In this document: piece after piece, positions 1 through 7,816 of the stretch | How positions within the stretch are numbered: the stretch's first letter is position 1 | How the letters are laid out: each line of letters starts with the position of its first letter | NCBI GenBank assembly: GCA_016871995.1 | Contig: VHBL01000003.1 | Location: 18,004-82,003 of the forward strand | DNA length: 64,000 nucleotides | Source of the DNA: Nitrososphaerota archaeon | GTDB taxonomy: Archaea; Thermoproteota; Nitrososphaeria; Nitrososphaerales; UBA57 | Reading direction: 5' to 3' | The notes under the pieces: model-generated | What the model saw: only the letters and a program-made list of their open reading frames with translations | Database searches by the model: none | Told to the model about the DNA's origin: nothing | Program-made: the position numbers and the translations under genes

Positions 1-212
1 CTCAGCCCAACAAGCCGATGCGCTTTGCTCCAAAGATAACCCATGTTTACGAAGGTCAGACCGTGAACGTGCCAATCGCGGAGCTCAATGTAGTCGTTGG
101 CGAGGATGTCATGGCAAGGTTTTCGCTGCCAGTAGGAGCTGGGATTGCGATAGTTCTAGTGACATGGATACTTGTCAGAAGAGCTGTGCAGAAACCAGAG
201 GAAAAAGATTAG
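1..212 (+). CDS. 3' end of an ORF entering from upstream of the window; C-terminal membrane-anchored fragment, family not recognised
   Basis: Frame of ORF 18..212 stays open back to the window edge. Hydrophobic segment GAGIAIVLVTWILV is followed by a charged tail. Confidence 0.3.
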   Translation, partial: QPNKPMRFAPKITHVYEGQTVNVPIAELNVVVGEDVMARFSLPVGAGIAIVLVTWILVRRAVQKPEEKD

Positions 213-1285
213 CGCTCCCTTTTGCCCTCTACGAATTCGATGAACCTTCTCTTCGCCTCTTCGTAGGGTAGTTGTTGAGGGGGATGCTTGAAGCAGTATG
301 AGGAGACACTGGTCAGCGATCCTGAAACGCCTCTCTCCAGCCCCAATGCTGTTCCTCTAATTGCGTCTATCATTATACCTGCACTGTTGTAAGCATCCAC
401 GACATGCAGTTTCAAGTCTATAGTTAGGGGGATGTTTCCGAAATACCTCCCTTTGAGGTAGACGTAGCATATCTTGTCGTTGTCGAGGAAGTTGACGTAA
501 TCGCTAGGGCCTATTCTTGTTGGGACATCGTACGGAGCCATAGCCCTTACTGCACTTGTCTTACTCTCCCTCTTATCAACTAGCCTGCTCTCTTCGAGCA
601 TGTTCAAAAAGTCCGTATCCCCTCCAAGGTTCAACTGGTAGGTTTCATCGACCTTCACTCCCCTATCCACGCAGAGCTTTACGATAGTTTTGTGCAGAAC
701 TGTTGCGCCGAGCTGGCTCATCACATCATCCCCTGCAACTGGCAGGGAAGCCTTGGAGAACTTCTGCTCCCACTCCTCGTTGGAAGCGATGAATACGGGC
801 ATAGCGTTGACGAATGCAGCCTTTGCTGCTATAGCCTGTGCAGCATAGAACCTTGTCGCTTCCCCGCTGCCTACTGGAAGATAATTTACTACAATGTCGG
901 CTTGAGCGTCAGAAATAGTGTCAGAAACTTCTGTAGGTTCAACTTTATCGAGGGGGACGACATCTTTAAGATACTTTCCTATGCCGTCAAGTATCTTTCC
1001 CTTCTTCACCTTTACGCCCAGCCTTGGCACATCCGTTATTTTGATTGTATTGTTGGGCTTCTCGAAGATCGCTTCAGAAATGTCTTTGCCAACTTTCTTT
1101 GCATTCACATCAAAGGCTGCAACAAATTCTATGTCTCCCGGTTCATAGCCTCCAAGCGAATAACTTGTCAAGCCAATGGAATCTTCTTCGCCCCTAATCT
1201 TGTAGTATTCGGCGCCTTGAACCAAGGCTGAGGCGCAATTGCCTACCCCTACCAGAACAACCCTAATCTTTCGCAAAGCTGACAC
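209..1285 (-). CDS. ino1: myo-inositol-1-phosphate synthase (short archaeal/bacterial type)
   Basis: 358 aa with a GTG start. N-terminal dinucleotide-binding motif VVLVGVGNCASALVQG and the overall sequence pattern are typical of MIPS. Confidence 0.85.
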   Translation of the reverse strand: MSALRKIRVVLVGVGNCASALVQGAEYYKIRGEEDSIGLTSYSLGGYEPGDIEFVAAFDVNAKKVGKDISEAIFEKPNNTIKITDVPRLGVKVKKGKILDGIGKYLKDVVPLDKVEPTEVSDTISDAQADIVVNYLPVGSGEATRFYAAQAIAAKAAFVNAMPVFIASNEEWEQKFSKASLPVAGDDVMSQLGATVLHKTIVKLCVDRGVKVDETYQLNLGGDTDFLNMLEESRLVDKRESKTSAVRAMAPYDVPTRIGPSDYVNFLDNDKICYVYLKGRYFGNIPLTIDLKLHVVDAYNSAGIMIDAIRGTALGLERGVSGSLTSVSSYCFKHPPQQLPYEEAKRRFIEFVEGKRER

Positions 1286-1298
1286 TTCGGTATTCTAT

Positions 1299-1315
1299 AT
1301 TCATAATAACCTTTC
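1299..1315 (+). repeat. Left copy of perfect 17-bp direct repeat attcataataacctttc bounding the GC-rich island
   Basis: Identical 17-mer at 7781-7797. A second shared 11-mer, taaacttaatt, lies at 1323-1333 and 7773-7783. Confidence 0.8.
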
Positions 1316-1333
1316 TGAAAGGTAAACTTAATT

Positions 1334-1540
1334 GGGTCAGGTTGACTTGCCCAACCTACCCTCCCCCATCTTTTTGACAACTTGGCGGGCCCGAAGGGTC
1401 TTGACCCAGAAAGTGAGTCAACTAGCCTATTGGAGGAGGGCGTCAGACCTCCTTCCCAATTTTAAGTCATCTTTTGATGAGTTGCGGTTGGTTTTAACTC
1501 AATAGGCTAGGTTGACCTGCCCAGCCTACCCTTCAACACA
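1334..1540. repeat. Cluster of GGTTGAC-containing direct and inverted repeats and small palindromes just inside the left island junction
   Basis: gggtcaggttgacttgcccaacctaccct (1334-1362) matches aggctaggttgacctgcccagcctaccct (1504-1532) at about 24 of 30 positions. gtcaactagcctattg (1415-1430) is the near-perfect reverse complement of caataggctaggttgac (1501-1517). The palindrome gggtcttgaccc lies at about 1394-1405. Confidence 0.6.
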
Positions 1541-1655
1541 TTCTTAACAAATAGCGTGTCCGATACAAGAACGCTTTGCTTCAGACGGTGTGAATAGAAC
1601 GAAGACTTGCCAATTACTAGGACGATGAAAGGTGATCCTTTAGCTCGGAGATGAA

Positions 1656-2198
1656 TTAATCATGGCTATGATGTGGCACGACGGGCATCTGGCAACACCA
1701 AAACTCTCGCAGCGGGGCCTGCATTCTTGCCATAATATCGACTCCTCCTGCGTCGAATCCTACCGAATTATTTCCCTCTACAAGGAACAGCGAAATCTCA
1801 CTTGAACGCTTGGGTCTTGAAATATCATCGGAGTGATCTAACACGGTGTACAGTTACTTCAATCCGTTCTTGAGCGAATTCCAGAGAGGCCAGAGTGGTA
1901 GGCATCTAGGGTCAACTCCGGGTGAGACAAGACCACCAATGTTGAGGAACATGACTAGATCGTCTTCGAGGACAGGATCGTGAAGCCCGTCGAGTATCTT
2001 TCTGAAACTGATTTCTTTCTCCGCGTACTTACCGCTTGGTCCCCCAACCAAAAGCCCACGAAGGAGCGCTGTCCGGCGATCTACAACATGACAGATGTCA
2101 TCTGGATGTGTGCCAGGATTGTCTAGCTGCACGAGGCGCCGCTGAAATGAAGCCCGACCGAAGTCCGCAGAATCGGCCATCAGTGGAGAAAGAGTCAT
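1656..2198 (-). pseudogene. Hypothetical gene interrupted by one in-frame TAA (ORFs 1854..2198 and 1656..1844 share a frame)
   Basis: Both ORF-track entries are in the same phase and are separated only by TAA at 1854-1856 plus three sense codons. No family recognised. It may be non-coding high-GC noise. Confidence 0.3.
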
Positions 2199-3052
2199 TA
2201 GGTCTATCGAGCCACTCCGGGCTTGTGGACGACGGCGACCTGCGGGAGCTACTGACCAAGTTCGGACTCACCCTGTCCGAAGCGGATGTCTTCATCACCC
2301 TCGCGCAGCTCAGGAAATCGGGAGGCGGATGGGTAAGCGGAGCCGAGCTGGCAGAGCTGGCCGGGAAGCCCCGCGTAAGGGTATACCAGATAATTCAGGC
2401 CTTGGTTGGGCTCGGCCTCGTCCAGGCCAGCTTCGGGAGGCCCAAGGAGTATTCGGCGGAGCCGCCCCAGGTCGCGATGAGGAAGCTGGTCGCGGCTCAG
2501 GAGAGTAAGCTCAACGAACTGGCCCACCTCGAACAGCCGGCCGTCGAGGAGCTCCTGAGGCTGCCTCCCCTGGAGGATGGTCAAGGGGCCGGGAGGAGGT
2601 CGAGGATGTCGTTCAACATCGTTCAAGGGATTCCGAACATCCAAACCGCGATAAAGAGCGTCCTCAGATGCGAGGGTGCCTCCGTCGTGGTCAACAGGCA
2701 GTCCGTCGACCAGCTTGTCCCGACGCTGGGGTACCTGAAGGATGGACCGAGGTCGTTACGGCTCCTCGTCACGGGCGGGGCGGCCATGCCCAAATACGCG
2801 CGCAGGATAGGAAGGAAGGGCAGGCAAGTCGAGGTGAGGCGTCTCGCAGAGGAGATGCCGACGACGGTGCTCACGGAGATGACGTTCGTGCTCCTACTCT
2901 ACTCTGTCGAGAGCTACAGGCCGAAACCCCTATCTCGGCCAAGGGACAGGTCCACTGCCTCGTACTGCGTCTCGGTGTCGGACGATTCTTACCTGAAGCA
3001 GGCGGGGTGCCTCTTCCAGTCGCTCTGGCGCTCAGCCGGGGGAGCATCTTAA
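2147..3052 (+). CDS. TrmB-family transcriptional regulator (winged helix plus TrmB C-terminal domain)
   Basis: The N-terminal wHTH is LSEADVFITLAQLRKSGGGWVSGAELAELAGKPRVRVYQIIQALVGLGLV. The start is uncertain: ATG at 2147 chosen, while the ORF-track start 2036 overlaps the opposite-strand ORF. Confidence 0.7.
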   Translation: MKPDRSPQNRPSVEKESLGLSSHSGLVDDGDLRELLTKFGLTLSEADVFITLAQLRKSGGGWVSGAELAELAGKPRVRVYQIIQALVGLGLVQASFGRPKEYSAEPPQVAMRKLVAAQESKLNELAHLEQPAVEELLRLPPLEDGQGAGRRSRMSFNIVQGIPNIQTAIKSVLRCEGASVVVNRQSVDQLVPTLGYLKDGPRSLRLLVTGGAAMPKYARRIGRKGRQVEVRRLAEEMPTTVLTEMTFVLLLYSVESYRPKPLSRPRDRSTASYCVSVSDDSYLKQAGCLFQSLWRSAGGAS

Positions 3053-3087
3053 AGGCAGGTGTGCCGAATACTGATGGAACTGAGCCC

Positions 3088-3780
3088 ATGCCCAAGCTTT
3101 ATGGAGTATATCTCGACCTCTATCTGAGGGCCGTGTTGGACAAGGACAAGGCGGAGGCATTCTCCGTCATCAACGGCTTCCTCAAGATGAATTCAGATCC
3201 GGCGAAGGCATTCGGGATGATTGCCGCCGCCCAGACGGAGGTGGGCGACCTCTGGGCTAGCAACGCGATCAGCGTGGGCGACGAGCATTTCGCGACCGAG
3301 GTTGCGCTGGAGGCGATAACGGTGATAGCGAGCCAGTTCAGGCCGGCGAGGAGGGACGGCGCAAGGACCGCTCTCGTCGTAGGAGGAGTCGAGGGCGAGT
3401 TCCACCACGTCGGGGCGAGGATGTTCGCCGCATCGCTGGAGATCGAGGGCTGGCGGGTGGACTTCCTGACGAATCTGTCGACGAAGCATCTCTTGGATTA
3501 CGCAAAGGGGCGCAAGGGGAAGATAGACCTGGTTTCGCTGGGAGTGAGCCTCAGGCTGAACCTGCCCGCGCTCGAAACGGCCCTCGCCGATCTCCGCAGG
3601 CTGCCTGAACTCAGGGAGACAGTGATAATCGTGGGAGGGAGCATCTTCAGGGACCCGAGGCTGAAGAGGCGCCTCATAAAAGCGAAGGGGCACGGCGCGC
3701 TGGCGAACTGCGTCTGCACGACACTCGACGAAGGCATGAAGGCTGCCATGCGCCTCACGGCAGGCAGGCTGGCAGTGTGA
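3088..3780 (+). CDS. Stand-alone cobalamin (B12)-binding domain protein (helical cap plus Rossmann B12-binding module, no DNA-binding domain)
   Basis: WASNAISVGDEHFATEV matches the B12-binding-2 cap. GGVEGEFHHVGARMFAASLEIEGWRVDFL carries the E-x-H-x-x-G motif. ATG 3088 is in frame within ORF 2668..3780. Confidence 0.8.
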   Translation: MPKLYGVYLDLYLRAVLDKDKAEAFSVINGFLKMNSDPAKAFGMIAAAQTEVGDLWASNAISVGDEHFATEVALEAITVIASQFRPARRDGARTALVVGGVEGEFHHVGARMFAASLEIEGWRVDFLTNLSTKHLLDYAKGRKGKIDLVSLGVSLRLNLPALETALADLRRLPELRETVIIVGGSIFRDPRLKRRLIKAKGHGALANCVCTTLDEGMKAAMRLTAGRLAV

Positions 3781-3825
3781 TTCGGGAAGAAAAGGTATTT
3801 GGTCTGGCCGGGAGCACGCCCATCC

Positions 3826-4306
3826 ATGCAGCAGCTGCCATACCTATTCGCGGAGGGCCTCGCCTTGGGCCTTCTGTCGACAGCGGTAATGACACTCTTC
3901 GAGCTGCCGGCCTGGAGGAGGTGGGGGTATACGGGGAGTCCTCGAGTGGCATGAGAACGAGGAGATCTGCGCGAAGCTTGGAGGGAGGGGAGGCGGGACC
4001 AACTATGCGGGGGTCTTCGGGCTGCACTTCATCAACGGCGGAATAGCGGGAGGATCTTTCCCGGTTATCAGGCAGACCTTCCCGATATTCGGGTCCTTGC
4101 CGCTGCCTCATTACGGCCTCCTCTTCGGCGCCACCCTCTGGATTCTCAAGCTTCTTCCCATCCACAGGCCTATAACGGGTCTCAGCGTATGGAGGCACCC
4201 TCTGGGACGCGGTCCCGCGCTGGTGAGCATCGCAGGACATTTGATCTATGACTTGACCATGGCCTTGCTCGGCACGCTCTTGTACTGGCCGAATGTTAGT
4301 TTGTAA
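3826..4306 (+). pseudogene. Small polytopic membrane protein split by a +1 frameshift near 3893-3954
   Basis: ATG 3826 gives MQQLPYLFAEGLALGLLSTAVMTLFELPAWRRWGY and then stops at 3952-3954. The next frame continues GVLEWHENEEICAKLGG...GVFGLHFINGGIAGG... into ORF 4097..4306. Confidence 0.4.
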
Positions 4307-4360
4307 GTTTCTATGCGAAATTACAATCTGGTCATAAGGCGTGCGTTTCTTACCTTAGCC

Positions 4361-4807
4361 ATGCAAAAAACCATAACTAAAGACATCATCGACACCGCGG
4401 CGGACGCGGGGTCGTTCAAGACGCTGGTTGAGGCCTTGAAGGCAGCCAACCTCGTAGAGACACTGAAGGGGAGAGGCCCGTTCACCGTCTTCGCGCCGAC
4501 TGACGAGGCATTCGCGAAGCTTCCGAAGGGAACGGTCGAGGGGCTCCTCAAAGACATACCGAAGCTGACGGCGATCCTGACCTATCATGTTCTGCAGAAC
4601 AGGGTCTCAGCGAAGGAGGTTCTCGCCATGACCTCGGGAGGCAAGACTCCAGCGGTCGAGACGGTACAAGGGAGCACGGTTACCCTCCGGTCGAGGGGAA
4701 TACTCTCAAAGATCGTGTACGTGAACGACGCGAAAGTCGTGAAACTTGATGTGGAGGCCAGCAACGGCATCATTCACGTCATAGACAATGTGATCCTGCC
4801 TCCTTAA
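4361..4807 (+). CDS. Fasciclin (FAS1) domain protein
   Basis: [20 protein letters not shown] and [13 protein letters not shown] are classic FAS1 motifs. ATG at 4361 is chosen inside ORF 4313..4807. Confidence 0.85.
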   Translation: MQKTITKDIIDTAADAGSFKTLVEALKAANLVETLKGRGPFTVFAPTDEAFAKLPKGTVEGLLKDIPKLTAILTYHVLQNRVSAKEVLAMTSGGKTPAVETVQGSTVTLRSRGILSKIVYVNDAKVVKLDVEASNGIIHVIDNVILPP

Positions 4808-4824
4808 GGCAGGGGCCTTTTTTT
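4806..4824 (+). terminator. Stem-loop plus T-run after the fasciclin gene
   Basis: aaggc-aggg-gcctt is followed by ttttttt. Confidence 0.5.
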
Positions 4825-4964
4825 CTTGGTGATGTTGCTTGGGACATACCGTCCCACGGGTCAAGAGCTCTTCTTTTTCTGGTCGGTGGCAGGAGACCTG
4901 GAGCCGGGGTGGAGGTGCTCTGAATTATTTCTCGCTGGAAGGAATGCCAGACAGCAAGGATGGC

Positions 4965-6011
4965 ATGCATCTTATGAAGGCGCTAATCGCGGGCGTAGTC
5001 GCAAGTGTCGCCTTTGCGTCTGCATTTTCTCCTTTCGCCCTCGGCCATGCACCGCTAGGTGCGGGAGACAACGAGGCCCTTGGCGACGCCACCCTGATTC
5101 CCAACGCTGAGAAGTCATGGGCAGTCTATGCAGAGCTTCACGAAGCAGGGGAGGCCCAGTACTACAAGTTCGACGTGACCTCGGGCCAGAGGCTCTATCT
5201 GATGCTCTATGCCTCCCCTGGCGATGCAGACGCCGGTTTCCTTCCACACATGGCCTTGATGGCGCCGGGAATCGACGATGAAGGTTCGCTACCCAAATAT
5301 GTCATTCTGCCGGAAGGCTACGGGTACAGGACTGTTCCAAGCAAGCGGGCCGAGAAGCCGAGCTACGAGGCCTTCGCGCCGGGCAGCTTCTACTCCCTCT
5401 CCGAGTTGCGCTTCGAGGCGGGGCAGGGCGGGACGTATTATGTGGTCGTGTTCGAAGAGAAAATGGGAGGTCGCTACGGGCTGGCCGTAGGCGAGCAGGA
5501 ATCATTTACGATTGAGGAATACCTACTCATTCCGTTCAGCACGCTGAATGTCTACCTTTGGTCGGGGCAGAGCCCAATACAAGTCATCGCCCCGATGGCC
5601 GCGGTAGTTGCAATAGGGATTGTGACGCTCTATCTAGCTCAAGTAAGGACAGCTGTCACCCGTTCTGCGGGATCCGCGCTTGCATATGTCGCAGGCCTGA
5701 TATTCGTGGGGAGCGCGGCCGTGAAGATCTACGTTATGCTCGTCGCCCTCAGCTGGACCGGATTGGTAGGCGATGCCATGCTAACCGTGACATTCGTCTT
5801 GGCGCCGCTCGGGATAGGAGCGTATGCCATGAAGTACAGCCTCGGCGGCAGACATCGGAGCCAGAGGGTTAAGATGGTCATCTTCGCTCTCCTTGGGTTG
5901 ATATCGTGGGGAGGTTTCCTCGTCGGTCCGGCCATAGCCGTCGCTGCCGCCATAACCCCGAGTTCGGGCGGCCAGCAGCGGACCTCACTGCATCGAGAGC
6001 AGTCAGGCTGA
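4965..6011 (+). CDS. Secreted/membrane protein: signal peptide, beta-sandwich-like extracellular domain, C-terminal multi-TM region
   Basis: MHLMKALIAGVVASVAFASA looks like a signal peptide. The C-terminal half is hydrophobic with several predicted TM helices. ATG 4965 is chosen inside ORF 4839..6011. Confidence 0.55.
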   Translation: MHLMKALIAGVVASVAFASAFSPFALGHAPLGAGDNEALGDATLIPNAEKSWAVYAELHEAGEAQYYKFDVTSGQRLYLMLYASPGDADAGFLPHMALMAPGIDDEGSLPKYVILPEGYGYRTVPSKRAEKPSYEAFAPGSFYSLSELRFEAGQGGTYYVVVFEEKMGGRYGLAVGEQESFTIEEYLLIPFSTLNVYLWSGQSPIQVIAPMAAVVAIGIVTLYLAQVRTAVTRSAGSALAYVAGLIFVGSAAVKIYVMLVALSWTGLVGDAMLTVTFVLAPLGIGAYAMKYSLGGRHRSQRVKMVIFALLGLISWGGFLVGPAIAVAAAITPSSGGQQRTSLHREQSG

Positions 6012-6052
6012 ATGCTCGGTGAAAGGAAGATGTTGCGGTCGCTGACATAAGC

Positions 6053-7342
6053 ATGAAAGGAATGACGACTATTCTGGTCACGGGGGCAAACGGCTTCGTA
6101 GGTCGGAGGCTAGTCACAAAGCTGCTCTCGGACGGCAAGTACAAGGTAAGGTGCCTGATCAGGCATCCTGACGTCGGTGCTGAGCTTGGAGATGTCGAAA
6201 GGGTCGTGGGGAACGCGAACGACTACGAGAGTCTCATGCGTGCTCTGACCGGCATCGATGTGGCATTCTACCTGATTCATTCTATGGAGGGCTCATCATC
6301 AAATTGGGAGCGGTTCGAAGAACGAGACCGAACGATGGCGCGGAACTTCGCGAAAGCCTCGACGAGCTGCGGGGTCAAGAGGATCATCTATCTCGGTGGC
6401 CTTGCATCAGGAGACGAATCGGCTCTCTCGAGGCATATGAGGAGCCGGCGGGAAGTGGGAGAGATCCTTCGGACTTCAGCCGCCGCCGTGACTATCTTTC
6501 GCGCGGCGGTGATATTGGGGGGAGGAAGCGCTTCATTCGAGATGATGTCCCAGCTTGTCGAAAGGCTGCCGTTCATGGTACTCCCGAGGTGGGTAACGAG
6601 CAAACTCCAGCCAATCGCGATAGAGGACGTCGTGACCTATCTAGCGGAGTCGGTAGGAAACGAGCTGACATCCGGTAGGGATTTTGACATCGGCGGTCCA
6701 GACATTTTAACATACCGTCAGATGATGGAGCGCTACGCGAGCAGGACCCACAAGAGGTTCCGCCCACTGATGCTTCCGTTCCTGACGCTCAACCTCTCAT
6801 CCTACTGGGTCGACCTGGTCACGGACGTCAACGCGTCACTTGCAAGGCCGTTGGTGGAGAGCCTCAGCAAGGACGCGGTGGTAGCAGATGATTCGATAAA
6901 GCGCGTAATGCCCTTCAGGCTCGCATCCTACGAGGAATCAATAGACGCCGCCCTGCGCGAAAGGAAGCCGAGGGAGAACTCCAGAAAGTCGAGGGACATC
7001 ACTCCGCTCTTGCTCGTCCTGGCCGCCTTGGGCTTGACGACGCTCGTAGCCGGTTCGCTTCCTGAACTGCTCGGTTCACTGTGGACCGGGCTGGTATTGC
7101 TTTGGCTCGTCGGCATTGGATATTCGCTCTTCTTCTTGCGTTTCGGAGCCCGGATGGGAGCACTTTCGGCTGGAGTCGTCGCCTGGCTCGCGCTAGCTTT
7201 CTGGATGCTCGACGCGGCGGTGGCGGTTCAGATGGCCGTTTCAGAATCAGGTTCGGCCATCGCGAGGGACATCGTCGGAATCGTCCTGGCAGCGGCAACT
7301 GTGCTTCTGTCCCACTTTAGCTTTCATGAGAGAAGGGAGTGA
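6053..7342 (+). CDS. NAD(P)-binding atypical SDR / NmrA-like protein with C-terminal transmembrane extension
   Basis: ILVTGANGFVGRRL is a Rossmann motif. The last 110 aa or so are hydrophobic helices. Confidence 0.75.
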   Translation: MKGMTTILVTGANGFVGRRLVTKLLSDGKYKVRCLIRHPDVGAELGDVERVVGNANDYESLMRALTGIDVAFYLIHSMEGSSSNWERFEERDRTMARNFAKASTSCGVKRIIYLGGLASGDESALSRHMRSRREVGEILRTSAAAVTIFRAAVILGGGSASFEMMSQLVERLPFMVLPRWVTSKLQPIAIEDVVTYLAESVGNELTSGRDFDIGGPDILTYRQMMERYASRTHKRFRPLMLPFLTLNLSSYWVDLVTDVNASLARPLVESLSKDAVVADDSIKRVMPFRLASYEESIDAALRERKPRENSRKSRDITPLLLVLAALGLTTLVAGSLPELLGSLWTGLVLLWLVGIGYSLFFLRFGARMGALSAGVVAWLALAFWMLDAAVAVQMAVSESGSAIARDIVGIVLAAATVLLSHFSFHERRE

Positions 7343-7780
7343 GGTCTTGCCATGGGCGGGTTGCCGGGGTTCGGTCAGGGTGCGAAATCCTGTATCTGTC
7401 GAGCACAGAGTTGTTGACTGATCGGAAGAATAGTTGGCTACTGCAAACCTCGTCCCGACGTCTGAAAGGGCACCTGTTATAGCCGTCTGGGAGATTCAAG
7501 ATGGCCATTAAAACGGAGCGAAGATTCCCACGAAGGCAATATAGGGGAGCATCGTCTTGGCAACGATGCTGAGGATGATGTAATATCTCTTGACGTACAG
7601 ATAATCCCTCCGGCGGCCGACTCCCCCGTCTTGCAGTACCGTGTTCACAGCGAATTTGTTGAAGAGGACCAAGTAATCGATAAAGTCCTCGAGGGGTTAG
7701 TTCCAAACTGAGAGGTCAATTCTCAAGGCTTTAGGAATGTCTGAAGGATAAAAAAATAAGTTTACATTTGTCTAAACTTA

Positions 7781-7797
7781 ATTCATAATAACCTTTC
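7781..7797 (+). repeat. Right copy of the 17-bp direct repeat; adjacent 8-bp inverted repeat taagttta/taaactta (7757-7780)
   Basis: Identical to 1299-1315 and lies about 20 nt upstream of the IMPase-family ATG. Confidence 0.8.
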
Positions 7798-7816
7798 CTA
7801 CTGCACTGGAGGGAGA

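Larger units (their letters stand above)
1316..7780. mobile_element. GC-rich horizontally acquired island inserted between ino1 and the IMPase-family gene; no integrase or transposase recognised
   Basis: Bounded by the 17-bp direct repeat. Hand counts give 40/60 G+C at 2401-2460 versus 27/60 at 8041-8100. Long overlapping ORFs appear in all frames, as in high-GC DNA. Cargo is unrelated to the flanking genes, and two genes are broken. Confidence 0.55.

Noticed and set aside
692-1231. 179-aa plus-strand ORF (and 918..1148) antisense to ino1
   Set aside because: It lies entirely inside the well-supported MIPS gene on the other strand. The composition is Cys/Leu-rich and not protein-like.
2668-3087. 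N-terminal 140-codon extension of the B12-binding ORF (track entry 2668..3780)
   Set aside because: The extension overlaps the TrmB C-terminal domain in another frame and is Arg/Gly-rich high-GC read-through. ATG 3088 gives a complete B12-binding protein.
3193-4240. Minus-strand ORFs 3193..3693, 3498..3827 and 3755..4240 in the island
   Set aside because: They are Arg/Pro-rich translations typical of antisense frames in high-GC DNA, and they overlap better-supported plus-strand genes.
7504-7515. 12-nt match gccattaaaacg with 32380-32391, superficially like a CRISPR-repeat end (ATTAAAAC)
   Set aside because: It is a single 12-mer pair, which is expected by chance in 64 kb on two strands. There is no repeat-spacer periodicity at either site.
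7317-7706. 129-aa minus-strand ORF at the right end of the island
   Set aside because: The sequence is Arg-rich and not protein-like. A different minus frame (7508-7672, 54 aa, ...DYLYVKRYYIILSIVAKTMLPYIAFVGIFAPF) looks more like a membrane-protein C-terminal fragment, but it is too short to support.
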